Below, piece after piece: positions 1-9,717 of a stretch of DNA of 64,000 bases. A program made the translations under genes and the position numbers. Where the stretch lies: the IMG/VR virus record IMGVR_UViG_3300031088_000821; one strand, 5' to 3'. The notes under the pieces were generated by a model. The model had not been told where the DNA came from. It searched no databases and saw nothing but the letters and a program-made list of their open reading frames with translations. Source of the stretch: an uncultured virus (IMG/VR IMGVR_UViG_3300031088_000821). Taxonomy: Duplodnaviria > Heunggongvirae > Uroviricota > Caudoviricetes. Position 1 is the stretch's first letter. Each line of letters starts with the position of its first letter.

Positions 1-528
1 ATGATCCTCAAAGCTGATGCCCACATCGAAACGGCCGCGCCCCTTGTCTACTTCTCCTCCACCACGGAGAACACCAAACACCTCGTGGAGCAGCTGCCCT
101 TCGATTCCGTAAGAATCCCGATCTCCAGACTAGATCCCCTGCCTCTAGCCACTGAGCCCTATGTGCTCTTCGTTCCTTCCTATGGTGGAGGGGATGGTAT
201 CCGTAAGCTCAGCACAGCTGTGCCGCGGCAGGTGGTGAACTTTCTCAATGTGAAGCAAAACAGGGATCTTTGCCTGGGGATCATCGCCAGTGGCAACATC
301 AACTTTGGCTCTCACTACTGTATAGCTGGAGAGCTGCTCTCTTCGAAGCTCCAGGTGCCCCTTTTCTACACTTTTGAGCTCCGGGGCATGCCTGGAGATC
401 TCGAAAGGATCACCGAGGGACTGGTGGAGGTATTTGAGCGGAGGAGCCGTGGTCTACTATTCACATCTGGAGAAACTTTGGCAGCAGTTACCGGAGGAAA
501 CCCTGGGACACTCCCGACACTTGGATGA
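1..528 (+). CDS. nrdI: Class Ib ribonucleotide reductase flavodoxin NrdI
   Basis: YFSSTTENT, YVLFVPSYGGG, VPRQVVNFLN, GIIASGNINFGSHYCIAG and FELRG motifs typical of NrdI; starts at the window edge. Confidence 0.9.
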   Translation: MILKADAHIETAAPLVYFSSTTENTKHLVEQLPFDSVRIPISRLDPLPLATEPYVLFVPSYGGGDGIRKLSTAVPRQVVNFLNVKQNRDLCLGIIASGNINFGSHYCIAGELLSSKLQVPLFYTFELRGMPGDLERITEGLVEVFERRSRGLLFTSGETLAAVTGGNPGTLPTLG

Positions 529-655
529 TTTGCCATACACACATAGGAAAGATATAGTTGTCATATCCTGAAAGTTTTCATCTTCAGCGACCCACAGCAA
601 TAGAAGATTTCACAGAAATTAATAGAGCCCAAAAAGACGTATAGAAAGATTCCCC

Positions 656-937
656 ATGGAAATCACAGCAAACAACCCCCACACAGAGGCCGCCGTCGAT
701 ACCGAGCAGCTCTGGTCAGTGCTAACCCTTAGAGCCCTCGAAGAGCAGCTGGCAGCTAGCAAAGAGATCGAAGGATTCGTGGAAGTCAGAGCGCTCGTAG
801 ACGAGCTCAGCACCGAGTTTGCGCGAAGGGATCCTCTCTATATTGCCAACCTCTTCGAGGCAGTTCAGGCAGTTGCAGAGCTTCGTGGTCGCACCTTGGA
901 TGATGTGGAAGGTCCAGAGCTCACGGCGCTAACTTGA
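656..937 (+). CDS. Hypothetical protein
   Basis: 93 aa ORF on the dominant strand filling the nrdI-trxB gap. Confidence 0.6.
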   Translation: MEITANNPHTEAAVDTEQLWSVLTLRALEEQLAASKEIEGFVEVRALVDELSTEFARRDPLYIANLFEAVQAVAELRGRTLDDVEGPELTALT

Positions 938-947
938 GCGCCATTGT

Positions 948-953
948 TAGGAT
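948..953 (+). promoter_or_regulatory. -10 hexamer TAGGAT, 6 nt before the trxB ATG (probable leaderless transcript)
   Basis: GTTAGGAT-agtccc-ATG, no SD; same geometry at several other genes. Confidence 0.6.
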
Positions 954-959
954 AGTCCC

Positions 960-1865
960 ATGACAAACACCAGCTCCATGGAAAATCTCGTAGTTGTTGG
1001 CTCGGGACCAGCAGGTCTGTCTGCAGCGATCTACGCAAAGCAGGCGGGTTTCAATCCTCTGGTGCTTCGAGGCTCCGAAAGTAGCCTCATCGCAACCACT
1101 GATCGGGTGAACAACTACCTCGGCTTAGGTGACATTGGTGGATTAGAGCTTCACAGGCGATTGCAGAGCCACTACGAAGATGTTTGCGGCAAGGATCGCT
1201 CGAAGATCTTTGAAGTTGTAAGAGCCGAGAGGATCGCCGAGGGCTTCGAGCTCGAAAACGGCCAGGGAGAGATTCTCCACGCGAGAGCCGTCATTTGGGC
1301 AACGGGAGCCCAGCCCAAGAAGCTCAATGTTCCCGGCGAAGAGTCCACCGAAGCCGTTTCCTATTGCGCTACCTGCGATGGGGACTTCTACTCGGGAGAC
1401 CCAGCCCTGGCGGTTGTGGGTGGTGGAGACAGCGCAATGGAGGAGGCGCTCTATCTAGCTGAACTTGTGGACCAGGTTCACCTTCTGGTGAGATCCACTG
1501 TCCGGGCGAAGGAAGAGCTCTACGCTAGGGTGCAGAATCATCCTAAAATCAGCGTCATGTTGGAAACCTCAGTGCTAGCACTGAAGGAAAATGAGGACAT
1601 GGAGCTGGAGCTCCAGCTCGACGGGGATAGGCAGCTCAATGTGTCGGGGCTCTTCGGCGCCATCGGCCATGTGCCCAATACAGAGCCCATTCGGTCGCTA
1701 GCAGAGCTCGACTACCAGGGGTTTGTGGTGAAGCCTCTAGCTACGGGCTTCTTCTGTGCGGGAGATGTTTTCGGAGAGAACCACCGGCAGGCGATCATAG
1801 CGGCGGGTGACGGCGCCCGCGCCGGCATCGAGGCGGCTGAATATCTACGGGTTGTTCTCGGCTGA
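960..1865 (+). CDS. trxB: Thioredoxin-disulfide reductase
   Basis: GSGPAGLSAA FAD motif, SYCATCDG redox motif, VVGGGDSAMEEA NADPH motif, C-terminal AGDV..QAIIAAGDG. Confidence 0.92.
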   Translation: MTNTSSMENLVVVGSGPAGLSAAIYAKQAGFNPLVLRGSESSLIATTDRVNNYLGLGDIGGLELHRRLQSHYEDVCGKDRSKIFEVVRAERIAEGFELENGQGEILHARAVIWATGAQPKKLNVPGEESTEAVSYCATCDGDFYSGDPALAVVGGGDSAMEEALYLAELVDQVHLLVRSTVRAKEELYARVQNHPKISVMLETSVLALKENEDMELELQLDGDRQLNVSGLFGAIGHVPNTEPIRSLAELDYQGFVVKPLATGFFCAGDVFGENHRQAIIAAGDGARAGIEAAEYLRVVLG

Positions 1866-1900
1866 TGTGTTAGAACCAGAGCTATCAAAGGGAGGGTCCC

Positions 1901-2851
1901 ATGGCAAAATCTCGTTTTCACACCAACGATGAGGGCCGCACCCTGCCCTGTGATGCTGCTCCAGGCAACTGCAAGTTTATCCACGGATCTACTCCCGAAG
2001 AGGCTGCATCCAACTGGCAGCTCACCATGGCTTCCCAGCTCATGCCAAAAGCTGTGAGCAGATCAGCGGAATACAAGCGGCGTATAGAGCTTTCCGAGAG
2101 ACCCCTGAAGTCCATGGATGATGGGGAGCTCGAAGAGGCTATTCTACTCGAGTCGAGAGCGCTAGAACTTGACACCCAGCGAATACAGGAAGCTGTTAAT
2201 CTAGCAAGGGAGCTCCACGCCCACCAGCGCAGGAAGGGCAATCGAGGTTCTTTGGAAAATCCGCCCTACATAGAGCACCCCCTGAGAAACACGCTGCGGC
2301 TCATACGCATGGGTGTAAAAGATCAAGAAACCGTCGAAGGATCCATTCTCCACGACACCGTAGAAGACGGTTCAGGTGTCTTTGCTCGCAAGTACCACGG
2401 CTACTCTCGCCGACAAAGCACCGATGAGGAGCAAACTCGAAAGCTGCTCTTGGCTCATCTAAAACTTCGCTTCCAAGGCCGCACTGCTGAAATAGTGCTC
2501 GCAGTTTCCAATCCCATAGAAAATAATCGGGATCTCACTCCCGAAGAGAAGAGGGCCAACTACAAGCGCCACGTGGCGGAGCAGATCTCTCGGGATTCGG
2601 CTGTTTTTCTCGTGAAGACAAGCGACTTCATCGACAATGCCACTGGACTTTACCACGGCCAGGGCTCCATGGATCCTCAGAAACTGGCAAATCAGGCTCA
2701 AAAGTACTTGGATACTTTGGGTTCCTTTGAGGACGCCTACAATAAGCTCCATTTGCCCATTCCTGAGAGATCAAAGGTGCTCATTGGCAACGCCTTTGCG
2801 ATCACTCGTAAGCGACTCGCTCGAATCATAGAGGGAAAACCCGCACGGTAA
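1901..2851 (+). CDS. RelA/SpoT-type HD hydrolase (small alarmone hydrolase-like) with N-terminal HCCH module
   Basis: LHAHQRRKG..PYIEHP..ILHDTVED..VKTSDFIDNA; N-terminus FH-x9-C-x6-C-x3-H; SD GGAGGG. Confidence 0.8.
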   Translation: MAKSRFHTNDEGRTLPCDAAPGNCKFIHGSTPEEAASNWQLTMASQLMPKAVSRSAEYKRRIELSERPLKSMDDGELEEAILLESRALELDTQRIQEAVNLARELHAHQRRKGNRGSLENPPYIEHPLRNTLRLIRMGVKDQETVEGSILHDTVEDGSGVFARKYHGYSRRQSTDEEQTRKLLLAHLKLRFQGRTAEIVLAVSNPIENNRDLTPEEKRANYKRHVAEQISRDSAVFLVKTSDFIDNATGLYHGQGSMDPQKLANQAQKYLDTLGSFEDAYNKLHLPIPERSKVLIGNAFAITRKRLARIIEGKPAR

Positions 2852-2899
2852 TATACACGATATTATTGCTTTCCAGGAGATAGAAGCAGAGGAGTTTTC

Positions 2900-3649
2900 A
2901 TGGTGAAGCGCTCTAGGCGATTCGTCGCGGCCATTGGAGTTGCGGCTACAGCTCTATTGGCTCTAACGGGTTGCGTGGAGGTGGACGCCACTATTGACCT
3001 CAACGGTGACGGCAGAACTGGTAACCTCAGCTATATGATGAGCTACTCTAAAGAGCAGCTTGCAGAGACTTTTCCAGTGGTGACGGATGAAGAGTTTGAG
3101 GCAATCGAAGGCGAGCCAGATTTTGGCGCATTGCGCGAAGAGGACCTCTGCAAAGAAGCCTTAAGCCGAATGGGGGTAGAAGAACAGCTGTCAAAAATGG
3201 CTGCGAACTTCACCCTAGAGGAAACTGAAACTCACTGCATAGCTGAAACTAGCACACCTATCTCCTATAGATCGGGAGCGGTCACCACAAAAATCAACGG
3301 TTCAGAGCAGCTCCTAGATGGCATTTCTCTGACCCAAAATGATGGCAAAGTGGCCTTCACCATGGATATTGCCAACATGGAGCTCTATGAGTCCAATGAG
3401 ATTTCCATTGATAGCTTCAGAGTTGTAGTCAACTTTCCCGCCGAAGTAGTTGAAACGAATGGCACTATAGATGGCAACTCTGTCAGCTGGGAGATCGATG
3501 GTCTTTCGGAGGATGGTGAGCTCTGGGCTACGGGGAATCTTCCACCCTTCGGCGGGATTCCAGTTCTGGCTATCGCTGGCGGTGTGTTGCTCGCGGTCGC
3601 TATCGGCGCGGGTGGATTCCTGCTTTACAGAAGAAAATCTACAAGATAG
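2900..3649 (+). CDS. Lipoprotein with C-terminal TM anchor (LppM/DUF3153-like)
   Basis: Lipobox LTGC, V.FP.EVVETNG..DGNSVSW motif, C-terminal hydrophobic helix followed by RRK. Confidence 0.65.
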   Translation: MVKRSRRFVAAIGVAATALLALTGCVEVDATIDLNGDGRTGNLSYMMSYSKEQLAETFPVVTDEEFEAIEGEPDFGALREEDLCKEALSRMGVEEQLSKMAANFTLEETETHCIAETSTPISYRSGAVTTKINGSEQLLDGISLTQNDGKVAFTMDIANMELYESNEISIDSFRVVVNFPAEVVETNGTIDGNSVSWEIDGLSEDGELWATGNLPPFGGIPVLAIAGGVLLAVAIGAGGFLLYRRKSTR

Positions 3650-3671
3650 ATTAGCTGAGATTTTGCGTTTA

Positions 3672-3707
3672 AATCGCTCCCCGTGTGATGATGCATGGGG
3701 AGCGATT
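3672..3707 (+). terminator. Probable intrinsic terminator
   Basis: AATCGCTCCCC / GGGGAGCGATT inverted repeat followed by T-rich sequence, just after the 3649 stop. Confidence 0.65.
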
Positions 3708-3850
3708 CCTTTGCTTTGTTGATCTAAAGCCTGGCATATTCGATCTACAGGGTCCCTCTCTGCGCCAGTGTAGCCGCGGCTCTGAAATCGAAAAATCCAG
3801 CGGGAGATCCACCACTTCAAAGGTGGTTTCTCGGCTTTAGAATGGACTCC

Positions 3851-5290
3851 ATGACTATTCGGAAATACCACATGACTCCCGAGGGGCCAGCTCTCTGCAA
3901 AGCAGACCCCTCCAACCCCAGGAGCCGTGGCTGCAAATACAGTGGCCAGCATTTTTCGACAGCTGTTGAAGCAGAGCGAGCCTACGCTAAAATGATGGGT
4001 GGAGAGCTCCCCACAAGTGGCAAAAAGAGCGTAGGCCGAAGCGGCCATTTCCGAGGCGAAAGCGCTCTGCTCATGGATTTGGAGCTCACTCCGGATGAGG
4101 GCACTCAAATCGCTATCGGGCGATTGGCCCAAGCGGGGCTCACGCCGCTGGTGGTGGGTGGCGCCGTGCGAGATGGCATTCTCGGTGAGCACCCCAAGGA
4201 CTTCGACATCGAAGTTCACGGCGCAGCGAACTTCCAGCAGCTCTCCAGAGCGCTGGGCAAGGACGCTAAGCTCAACCTCACTGGAAAGTCCTTCGGAGTG
4301 CTAAAAGCACAGTTCCGACAGGCTGATGGCAGCTGGTCTGCCGATGTGGATCTCGCTCTTCCCCGCAGGGACTCCAAGGTGGGAGATGGCCACAGGGGCT
4401 TTGAGGTGGAGGTGGACCCTACCATGAGCCTCGAAGAGGCCACAGCTCGCCGGGACCTCACCGTTAATGCCCTTTTCTGGGACCCCCAAACCAGGCAGGT
4501 TGTAGACCTCCACGGCGGACTCGAAGACATGGATCGCCGGCGGCTACGCCATGTTTCGGATGCCTTTTCGGAGGATCCCCTCAGAGTGCTTCGAGTTGCC
4601 CGCTTCTCAGCTAAGCTGGGCTTCTCCGTGGCCGAAGAGACCAATGAGCTCTCCCAGCGCTTGGCGCCGACATTCCACGATCTCTCCTCGGAGAGGGTTC
4701 GGGGAGAGCTTTCGCGGATGGTGATCCAGCGCCATTTCACAGAGGGCTACAAGTTCCTGGAGTCCAGCGGATGGCACCGCGAACTCGGCGATCTTTCCAG
4801 ATTGTCCATGGAGGAGCTCACAGAAAAGCTCCGCAGGGCAGATTCCTACAGCCGCAGTGTCCAGAGTAGTCCCGATAGGGTAGCCCACCTGGCAGTGCTA
4901 GCAAGAGCTGTGGAAAAGACTGGTGGCAATGCTTCTTCTACTGTAGCCCACTTTGTTGCATCCTCCAGGGAGCAGCAAAAGGCCGTAGCTCTGGCTAAAG
5001 CTGAGCTTCCTACAAGCCACTCATCTGCGGCTCTGAGGCAGTGGGCCTTCGACCAGGGGAAGCTCTCGGGGCGAGCTATTTTGCTTTCTCGAGGCGAAGA
5101 GGATAGGGCAGAGCTCGAAGCGCTCCGAGGGAAGCTCGAAGCGTTGGATATTCTGGACGGCCCCGAACCAGATGGCTTCGACTCGAGGTCCCTCATTGCG
5201 AACTACCGAAGTTCTCATCCCGGCATCAAGGATGGTCCTTGGATTAGAGAACTTCTCCAGAAAGCCCGGTCGAAGCAATATGCTCGCTAG
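3851..5290 (+). CDS. tRNA nucleotidyltransferase (CCA-adding/poly(A) polymerase family) with N-terminal HCCH module and no evident HD domain
   Basis: VGGAVRD..DFDIEV, RRDLTVNAL, EDPLRVLRVARF, SERVRGEL; start 3851 preferred over 3842 because TAGAAT lies 7 nt upstream and the N-terminus aligns with the other HCCH proteins. Confidence 0.88.
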   Translation: MTIRKYHMTPEGPALCKADPSNPRSRGCKYSGQHFSTAVEAERAYAKMMGGELPTSGKKSVGRSGHFRGESALLMDLELTPDEGTQIAIGRLAQAGLTPLVVGGAVRDGILGEHPKDFDIEVHGAANFQQLSRALGKDAKLNLTGKSFGVLKAQFRQADGSWSADVDLALPRRDSKVGDGHRGFEVEVDPTMSLEEATARRDLTVNALFWDPQTRQVVDLHGGLEDMDRRRLRHVSDAFSEDPLRVLRVARFSAKLGFSVAEETNELSQRLAPTFHDLSSERVRGELSRMVIQRHFTEGYKFLESSGWHRELGDLSRLSMEELTEKLRRADSYSRSVQSSPDRVAHLAVLARAVEKTGGNASSTVAHFVASSREQQKAVALAKAELPTSHSSAALRQWAFDQGKLSGRAILLSRGEEDRAELEALRGKLEALDILDGPEPDGFDSRSLIANYRSSHPGIKDGPWIRELLQKARSKQYAR

Positions 5291-5355
5291 AGATATTTTG
5301 CTAGATCTTTTCTAGCACATTAGAACATCATTCCAATCATAGGAGGAGTGGACCA

Positions 5356-6210
5356 ATGGCCATCAGATACCACATCAAGGACGACGGCACCCCCGGAAGG
5401 TGCAGCGCCGCGTCCCCGGAGTCCTGCCCTAAGACCCAGGCGGGAGATTCCTTCCATGGTACCCTCGCGGAGGCCACCGTTGAGTCCGAGCGCCGCTTCG
5501 AGGCAAAGCACGGTAAGGCGCCGGCCGCAAACCGCGAGGAAGTTAACTTCTCAAAGCTCGAAGCAACTAAGGTATTTTCCGATAGCCACACAATGAGCCC
5601 CCAGCCTCTAGATCTTTCCCAGGTTGCTCCAAGTCAGCTCTACTACGATTCCCGAGGCAATGTCTATCTCGTGGAAAGCTGCTCCAAGGGGTCTTTTGCC
5701 ACCATGAATCCCGTGAACGAAAAGGGAGCTCCCGAGGGGGAGCCCGGCAACGGCTCTGTAAGGGTTGAGCAAAAAGATGCGGGCAAGTTCCGAAAACTAG
5801 AGCGCAAGGCCGATCCCCGCTACACGGACAGCGTTGGTGGCCACTCGGAGTCAAAGGCCGTAAAAGAGATGCCCAGAACGGGTCACCTAGACAGGGCTGT
5901 ATCTGCTCAAGTTTCCTATAGGGACGAGAATGGCAATCAGAAATCTGTGGAGCTCATCGCGCCTGTCGGAAGATTGACAGATCAGAAGAGGATTGCCATC
6001 GGTAGGCAGCTCTTCGCCTTCAGTGGCAAAGACCCCAAGCGCTATGAGGATGCCTCGGACGAAGCCAAGCTCAACTGGGCTAATCAAAAGCTCATGAGAA
6101 GAAGAGATCTTCGCTGGACTGCCGATGGCAATGGTGACGTTTTCTACACTCACGATTTTGGTAGCGGTGGTTCCCATTCCGACAAGAAGGTTCTCTACCT
6201 AGACATCTGA
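5356..6210 (+). CDS. Hypothetical protein with N-terminal HCCH module
   Basis: SD AGGAGGAG; MAIRYHIKDDGTPGRCSAASPESCPK..FHGTLAEA. Confidence 0.8.
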   Translation: MAIRYHIKDDGTPGRCSAASPESCPKTQAGDSFHGTLAEATVESERRFEAKHGKAPAANREEVNFSKLEATKVFSDSHTMSPQPLDLSQVAPSQLYYDSRGNVYLVESCSKGSFATMNPVNEKGAPEGEPGNGSVRVEQKDAGKFRKLERKADPRYTDSVGGHSESKAVKEMPRTGHLDRAVSAQVSYRDENGNQKSVELIAPVGRLTDQKRIAIGRQLFAFSGKDPKRYEDASDEAKLNWANQKLMRRRDLRWTADGNGDVFYTHDFGSGGSHSDKKVLYLDI

Positions 6211-6267
6211 TTGTTGCATAGTAAACTCTGGTGTGATAGTGTTGCTTAGCTAATCAACATTGGAGAA

Positions 6268-6654
6268 ATGATGTCCAACATCTTGCTTGTCGATGACCTT
6301 CGCAACTTCCGCGAGGACGTGCTTGCTCAGAGCGGCATTGTTGTGGATGATTCTCGCAGCACAAATCATCTTCTCCGAATCTGTCGAACCTCCCAGAGCG
6401 CTGTAGAGGTCTTGGGCACCTATGACCTCCATTGGGACCAGGTCTGGCTAGACCACGACCTCGGCGGCGACGACACCACGATGGCAGTAGTGGATTACAT
6501 CATTTTTCGCCACGATGAGGGCAATCCTATCTCCGTGGGGAACTACATCATTCACAGCTCCAACCCCGTGGGAGTGCGGCGAATCGCAGCTGCCCTACAG
6601 TCCGTTGGCCGCAACTCTGTGATCGTGGATCCTCGAGATTTTTTCACCGTTTAA
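6268..6654 (+). CDS. Cyclic-phosphate-processing receiver-like domain protein (cREC)
   Basis: ILLVDDLR..VWLDHDLGG..IIHSSNPVG signature of the RNA-repair-associated receiver family. Confidence 0.8.
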   Translation: MMSNILLVDDLRNFREDVLAQSGIVVDDSRSTNHLLRICRTSQSAVEVLGTYDLHWDQVWLDHDLGGDDTTMAVVDYIIFRHDEGNPISVGNYIIHSSNPVGVRRIAAALQSVGRNSVIVDPRDFFTV

Positions 6655-6737
6655 GCTCAGTCTATTTTAGGCGTCTTTCGTGCATTAGAAAAACTTTCAC
6701 CATTTACTCAAAGTATGCGCGCACGAGGAGATTTCAG

Positions 6738-7274
6738 ATGGCTAAGGGACAGTTCCACATCGGTAGGAATGGACCCGCTCCCTGTAGCGTAGATCCATCC
6801 AACCCCAACTCCGTGGGTTGCCCCTACGGTGCTACAGGTCACTATTCAACCCTCGCAGAGGCCGAAGCTGTCTACGCTGAAACACAAGCCAGCTCACTCT
6901 TTCCCACCACCACGCGAGCTAACGCATCAATCCGCATGGGGAGAAAGAGGGAAGATCTTCAGCACACTTTCGATGGCCTGGTAGCACAGCGCTGCTACGG
7001 CATTTCCTATGACAGTAGAGCCAAGAGCTACACAGCAGATGATTCCGAGAGCCTCCAGCGGTTCTGCAGTGAGCTCGAAGATAGCGCTAATGGGGAGCTC
7101 AGCGTCCACATCAGCTACGATGACGAGGCAGAAGATGTCATCATCAGCGTGGATGTGCCCGAACTCGAACTTGAGATCGAAAACCAAAACGCCGAGGAAG
7201 ATCGCCGAGAGTACTTCCAGTGGTCTCAGGATAGGGCCTTTGAGAACGCCGAATACTGGCGCTCAACCATGTAG
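6738..7274 (+). CDS. Hypothetical protein with N-terminal HCCH module
   Basis: SD GAGGAG; MAKGQFHIGRNGPAPCSVDPSNPNSVGCPYGATGHYSTLAEA. Confidence 0.8.
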   Translation: MAKGQFHIGRNGPAPCSVDPSNPNSVGCPYGATGHYSTLAEAEAVYAETQASSLFPTTTRANASIRMGRKREDLQHTFDGLVAQRCYGISYDSRAKSYTADDSESLQRFCSELEDSANGELSVHISYDDEAEDVIISVDVPELELEIENQNAEEDRREYFQWSQDRAFENAEYWRSTM

Positions 7275-7357
7275 TAAAATCCTGCGGCTCTATTACCGCT
7301 CTCATATTGCTTCTTTGGTTCTATTAGTGTATGATGGCATCATAGAAAGGTGGGCAA

Positions 7358-7729
7358 ATGAGCTCTTTACTACTGGAAGCTACCATCAGCCGCTGGGAAA
7401 AATGCCGCGAAGAGAACGAAGCTGACAAGCACCTCGCAACTCCTGAACAGCGGGAAGCTTGGGATAGGCTAAACCAAAGCACCACTCAGGAGCTTCTAGC
7501 TATTGTGGAGGGGTTTGATGGATCTCTTACCCGGGAAGATAAGAAGTATCTCATCGCCCTCAATGAGATGATCGACAGCGCTGAAAGAATCAGCCGTGAA
7601 GAGCTCGAAGCTGCGAAGGCCAAGCGCGACGAAGAGGAGAGGCTGGCTAAAGAGGCAGAGCGCCGCAGGGCGGCCGAGATCAACAAGACTAAGAAAACTC
7701 TGTTGGAAAAGCTGGCTCCAAAGCACTAG
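7358..7729 (+). CDS. Hypothetical coiled-coil protein
   Basis: SD-like AGAAAGGT; charged helical sequence. Confidence 0.65.
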   Translation: MSSLLLEATISRWEKCREENEADKHLATPEQREAWDRLNQSTTQELLAIVEGFDGSLTREDKKYLIALNEMIDSAERISREELEAAKAKRDEEERLAKEAERRRAAEINKTKKTLLEKLAPKH

Positions 7730-7747
7730 TAGAAAGAGCGACCACCC

Positions 7748-8326
7748 ATGAGTTCCACCATAGACCCCTATGAAGATGCGAATAGTCCCATGCTCTCTGG
7801 GAAAATCACTATACCTTCGAGGCCCATCGAGGCGGGGGTCTATGGCTGGGGCTGGGTCAGCTATGGTGGCTACAATGCCTCAAGGTCTAGCGGAAAATCT
7901 TCACCCACAGAGCTGAAGCTCTATCTCCACGATGATGTGGTGGATCGCCGTAAGATCAAGCGGCTGCAAAAGCATTTTCAGCGACCCGAATGGCTTAACA
8001 CAGCTCTGATCTACGCGCCAGTGGTGCTAGGTCTTATGCTGGCCGGCACAGCTGCTATGAGTCCCTATCTTCTGTTGGCGGGTTTCTTTCTCTCAGCTTG
8101 GGGCATGTGGAATCGCTATAAGCTCACTCAAACCAATTTCATATTTCTCCAGTTTGATCGCAGCGTAGAGAACTACAAAGTGGGCAGAGAGCTCCTCCGA
8201 GCGCTGAGCCACAAGGATCTGCTCCGGGATGATGTCTACGCTTTTTTCAATCTGAAGGCAACCGCCAGGGAGTTCCATAAAACGATGGCGGATCTCTATT
8301 CGGATGAGGACAGCTATCTGGATTGA
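7748..8326 (+). CDS. Hypothetical membrane protein (2 TM)
   Basis: Central hydrophobic hairpin. Confidence 0.65.
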   Translation: MSSTIDPYEDANSPMLSGKITIPSRPIEAGVYGWGWVSYGGYNASRSSGKSSPTELKLYLHDDVVDRRKIKRLQKHFQRPEWLNTALIYAPVVLGLMLAGTAAMSPYLLLAGFFLSAWGMWNRYKLTQTNFIFLQFDRSVENYKVGRELLRALSHKDLLRDDVYAFFNLKATAREFHKTMADLYSDEDSYLD

Positions 8327-8387
8327 AGCTTCTGAGCACCATGATATGTTGAACTCATAGGCTTACTAGCTTCAGGAGGATGCGCCC

Positions 8388-9038
8388 ATGACTTCCACTA
8401 GGATCAGATTGCTCCAAGCGGGCGCTATTATCCTCATCGGTGGCTTCGCTCTTAGCGGCTGCACGGCTGGAGAAGAAATCGTTCCAGAGGGTCCAACTGT
8501 GATTCCGAGCACCACCACCCCAAGCCCCACTCCAGCTGCAGCTGATTCGAAGGCCACTGCGGAAAGCGCGGCCGCCACGGTCAACGAGTTCATGGAGCTC
8601 GCTACGAGCTATCCCACCGCAGATGACCTGGCGGTGCTGGGCCTGCCTGAAGATGCCGACATAGATACCACCAATGAGGCTTTTATCTCCATGGGGGAAC
8701 TCAGCGCCGAGGATCTCGCCGAGAAGATGGAAAGTGTCTATGCTACCCATTCCATCGGCAAGCTACTCTACTTCGAAGAGGATAGCTCCAAGGTGCAAAA
8801 CCAATACCAGGCCATCTATATGCTCGAAATGGCTCGCATTTCTACGGCTGAAATAGATGAAGAGCCATTTGCTCTCACAGCCATCGAGCCCTCTTCCATT
8901 GAAATCTCAAGCTCCGATGGGAAAACCATAGCCAGCGTCAAGCTCGGCGAAGGCACAGAGCCAGAGCCCGTCCTTGTCTTCGTAGACGGATCATGGAAGC
9001 TCATCGGTTCAGAGCTCATTCAAGCATCGGCAGAATAG
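8388..9038 (+). CDS. Lipoprotein
   Basis: SD AGGAGG, lipobox LSGC, Pro/Thr linker, C-terminal VDGSWKL. Confidence 0.75.
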   Translation: MTSTRIRLLQAGAIILIGGFALSGCTAGEEIVPEGPTVIPSTTTPSPTPAAADSKATAESAAATVNEFMELATSYPTADDLAVLGLPEDADIDTTNEAFISMGELSAEDLAEKMESVYATHSIGKLLYFEEDSSKVQNQYQAIYMLEMARISTAEIDEEPFALTAIEPSSIEISSSDGKTIASVKLGEGTEPEPVLVFVDGSWKLIGSELIQASAE

Positions 9039-9060
9039 CCACAGTCACCTAGGAGGAATA

Positions 9061-9645
9061 ATGGAGCTAACCAGAGAAGATCTCGAAAGCACATTCCGAA
9101 AGATCGAGGAAGTGCTTCCCACAAGCGCAGAAGAGCTTCGGCACTACGGCCAAGAGCTCAGCGAGCTTTCCTATAATCCAGCGGGTCCCGACGAGCCCAT
9201 CGGCAAGGCACTTGGAGAGAAATACCCAGGAGCCAGTTTCTACAACTGGGCGGATGGTGCTGGCAACAGTGACAGCCTCTATGTCTTCCCCGCCAGCGAG
9301 GGCCACGGAGATCGGGCTATTTATGTGATCTACGACCACGAGAGCGCCCTCAACTTCTACGGTGAAAAGGCTCCCACGGGCTTCAGGCTTCAGCACGTGC
9401 TCTACGAAGAGGTGCCCGAAGATCTCAAAGCTGCTCTCACGGGTCCCGAGGGCGAGCTATTGCTCATAGAGGATGGCTATGGCAGGTCTCTCTATCACGG
9501 CTCAGCTATGATCTACCTCGAAGACGGAGCATGGCATCTTCCCGAATCCTACGTGAAGCTGGCTCTCAAATACGGGGAAGACGGTGGGCTTCGCTACTTT
9601 GTTGATCTCGAAGAGCTTCGCAAGGAAGCAGAAAAAGCGGATTAG
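9061..9645 (+). CDS. Hypothetical protein
   Basis: SD AGGAGG; acidic globular ORF. Confidence 0.7.
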   Translation: MELTREDLESTFRKIEEVLPTSAEELRHYGQELSELSYNPAGPDEPIGKALGEKYPGASFYNWADGAGNSDSLYVFPASEGHGDRAIYVIYDHESALNFYGEKAPTGFRLQHVLYEEVPEDLKAALTGPEGELLLIEDGYGRSLYHGSAMIYLEDGAWHLPESYVKLALKYGEDGGLRYFVDLEELRKEAEKAD

Positions 9646-9671
9646 AAGTCGCTAGCGATTTAGCACCATTT

Positions 9672-9711
9672 GAGGTCCCAGTTGTATAGCTGGGACCTCT
9701 TGGCGTATGAT
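9672..9711 (+). promoter_or_regulatory. Promoter TTGTAT-18-TATGAT with a 10-bp inverted repeat flanking the -35
   Basis: GAGGTCCCAG(9672-9681)-TTGTATAG-CTGGGACCTC(9690-9699); TATGAT 9706-9711 is 6 nt before ATG 9718. Confidence 0.6.
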
Positions 9712-9717
9712 CTACAT

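Noticed and set aside
3314..4219. 301-aa minus-strand ORF spanning an intergenic region
   Set aside because: Overlaps two supported genes and a terminator; no motifs.
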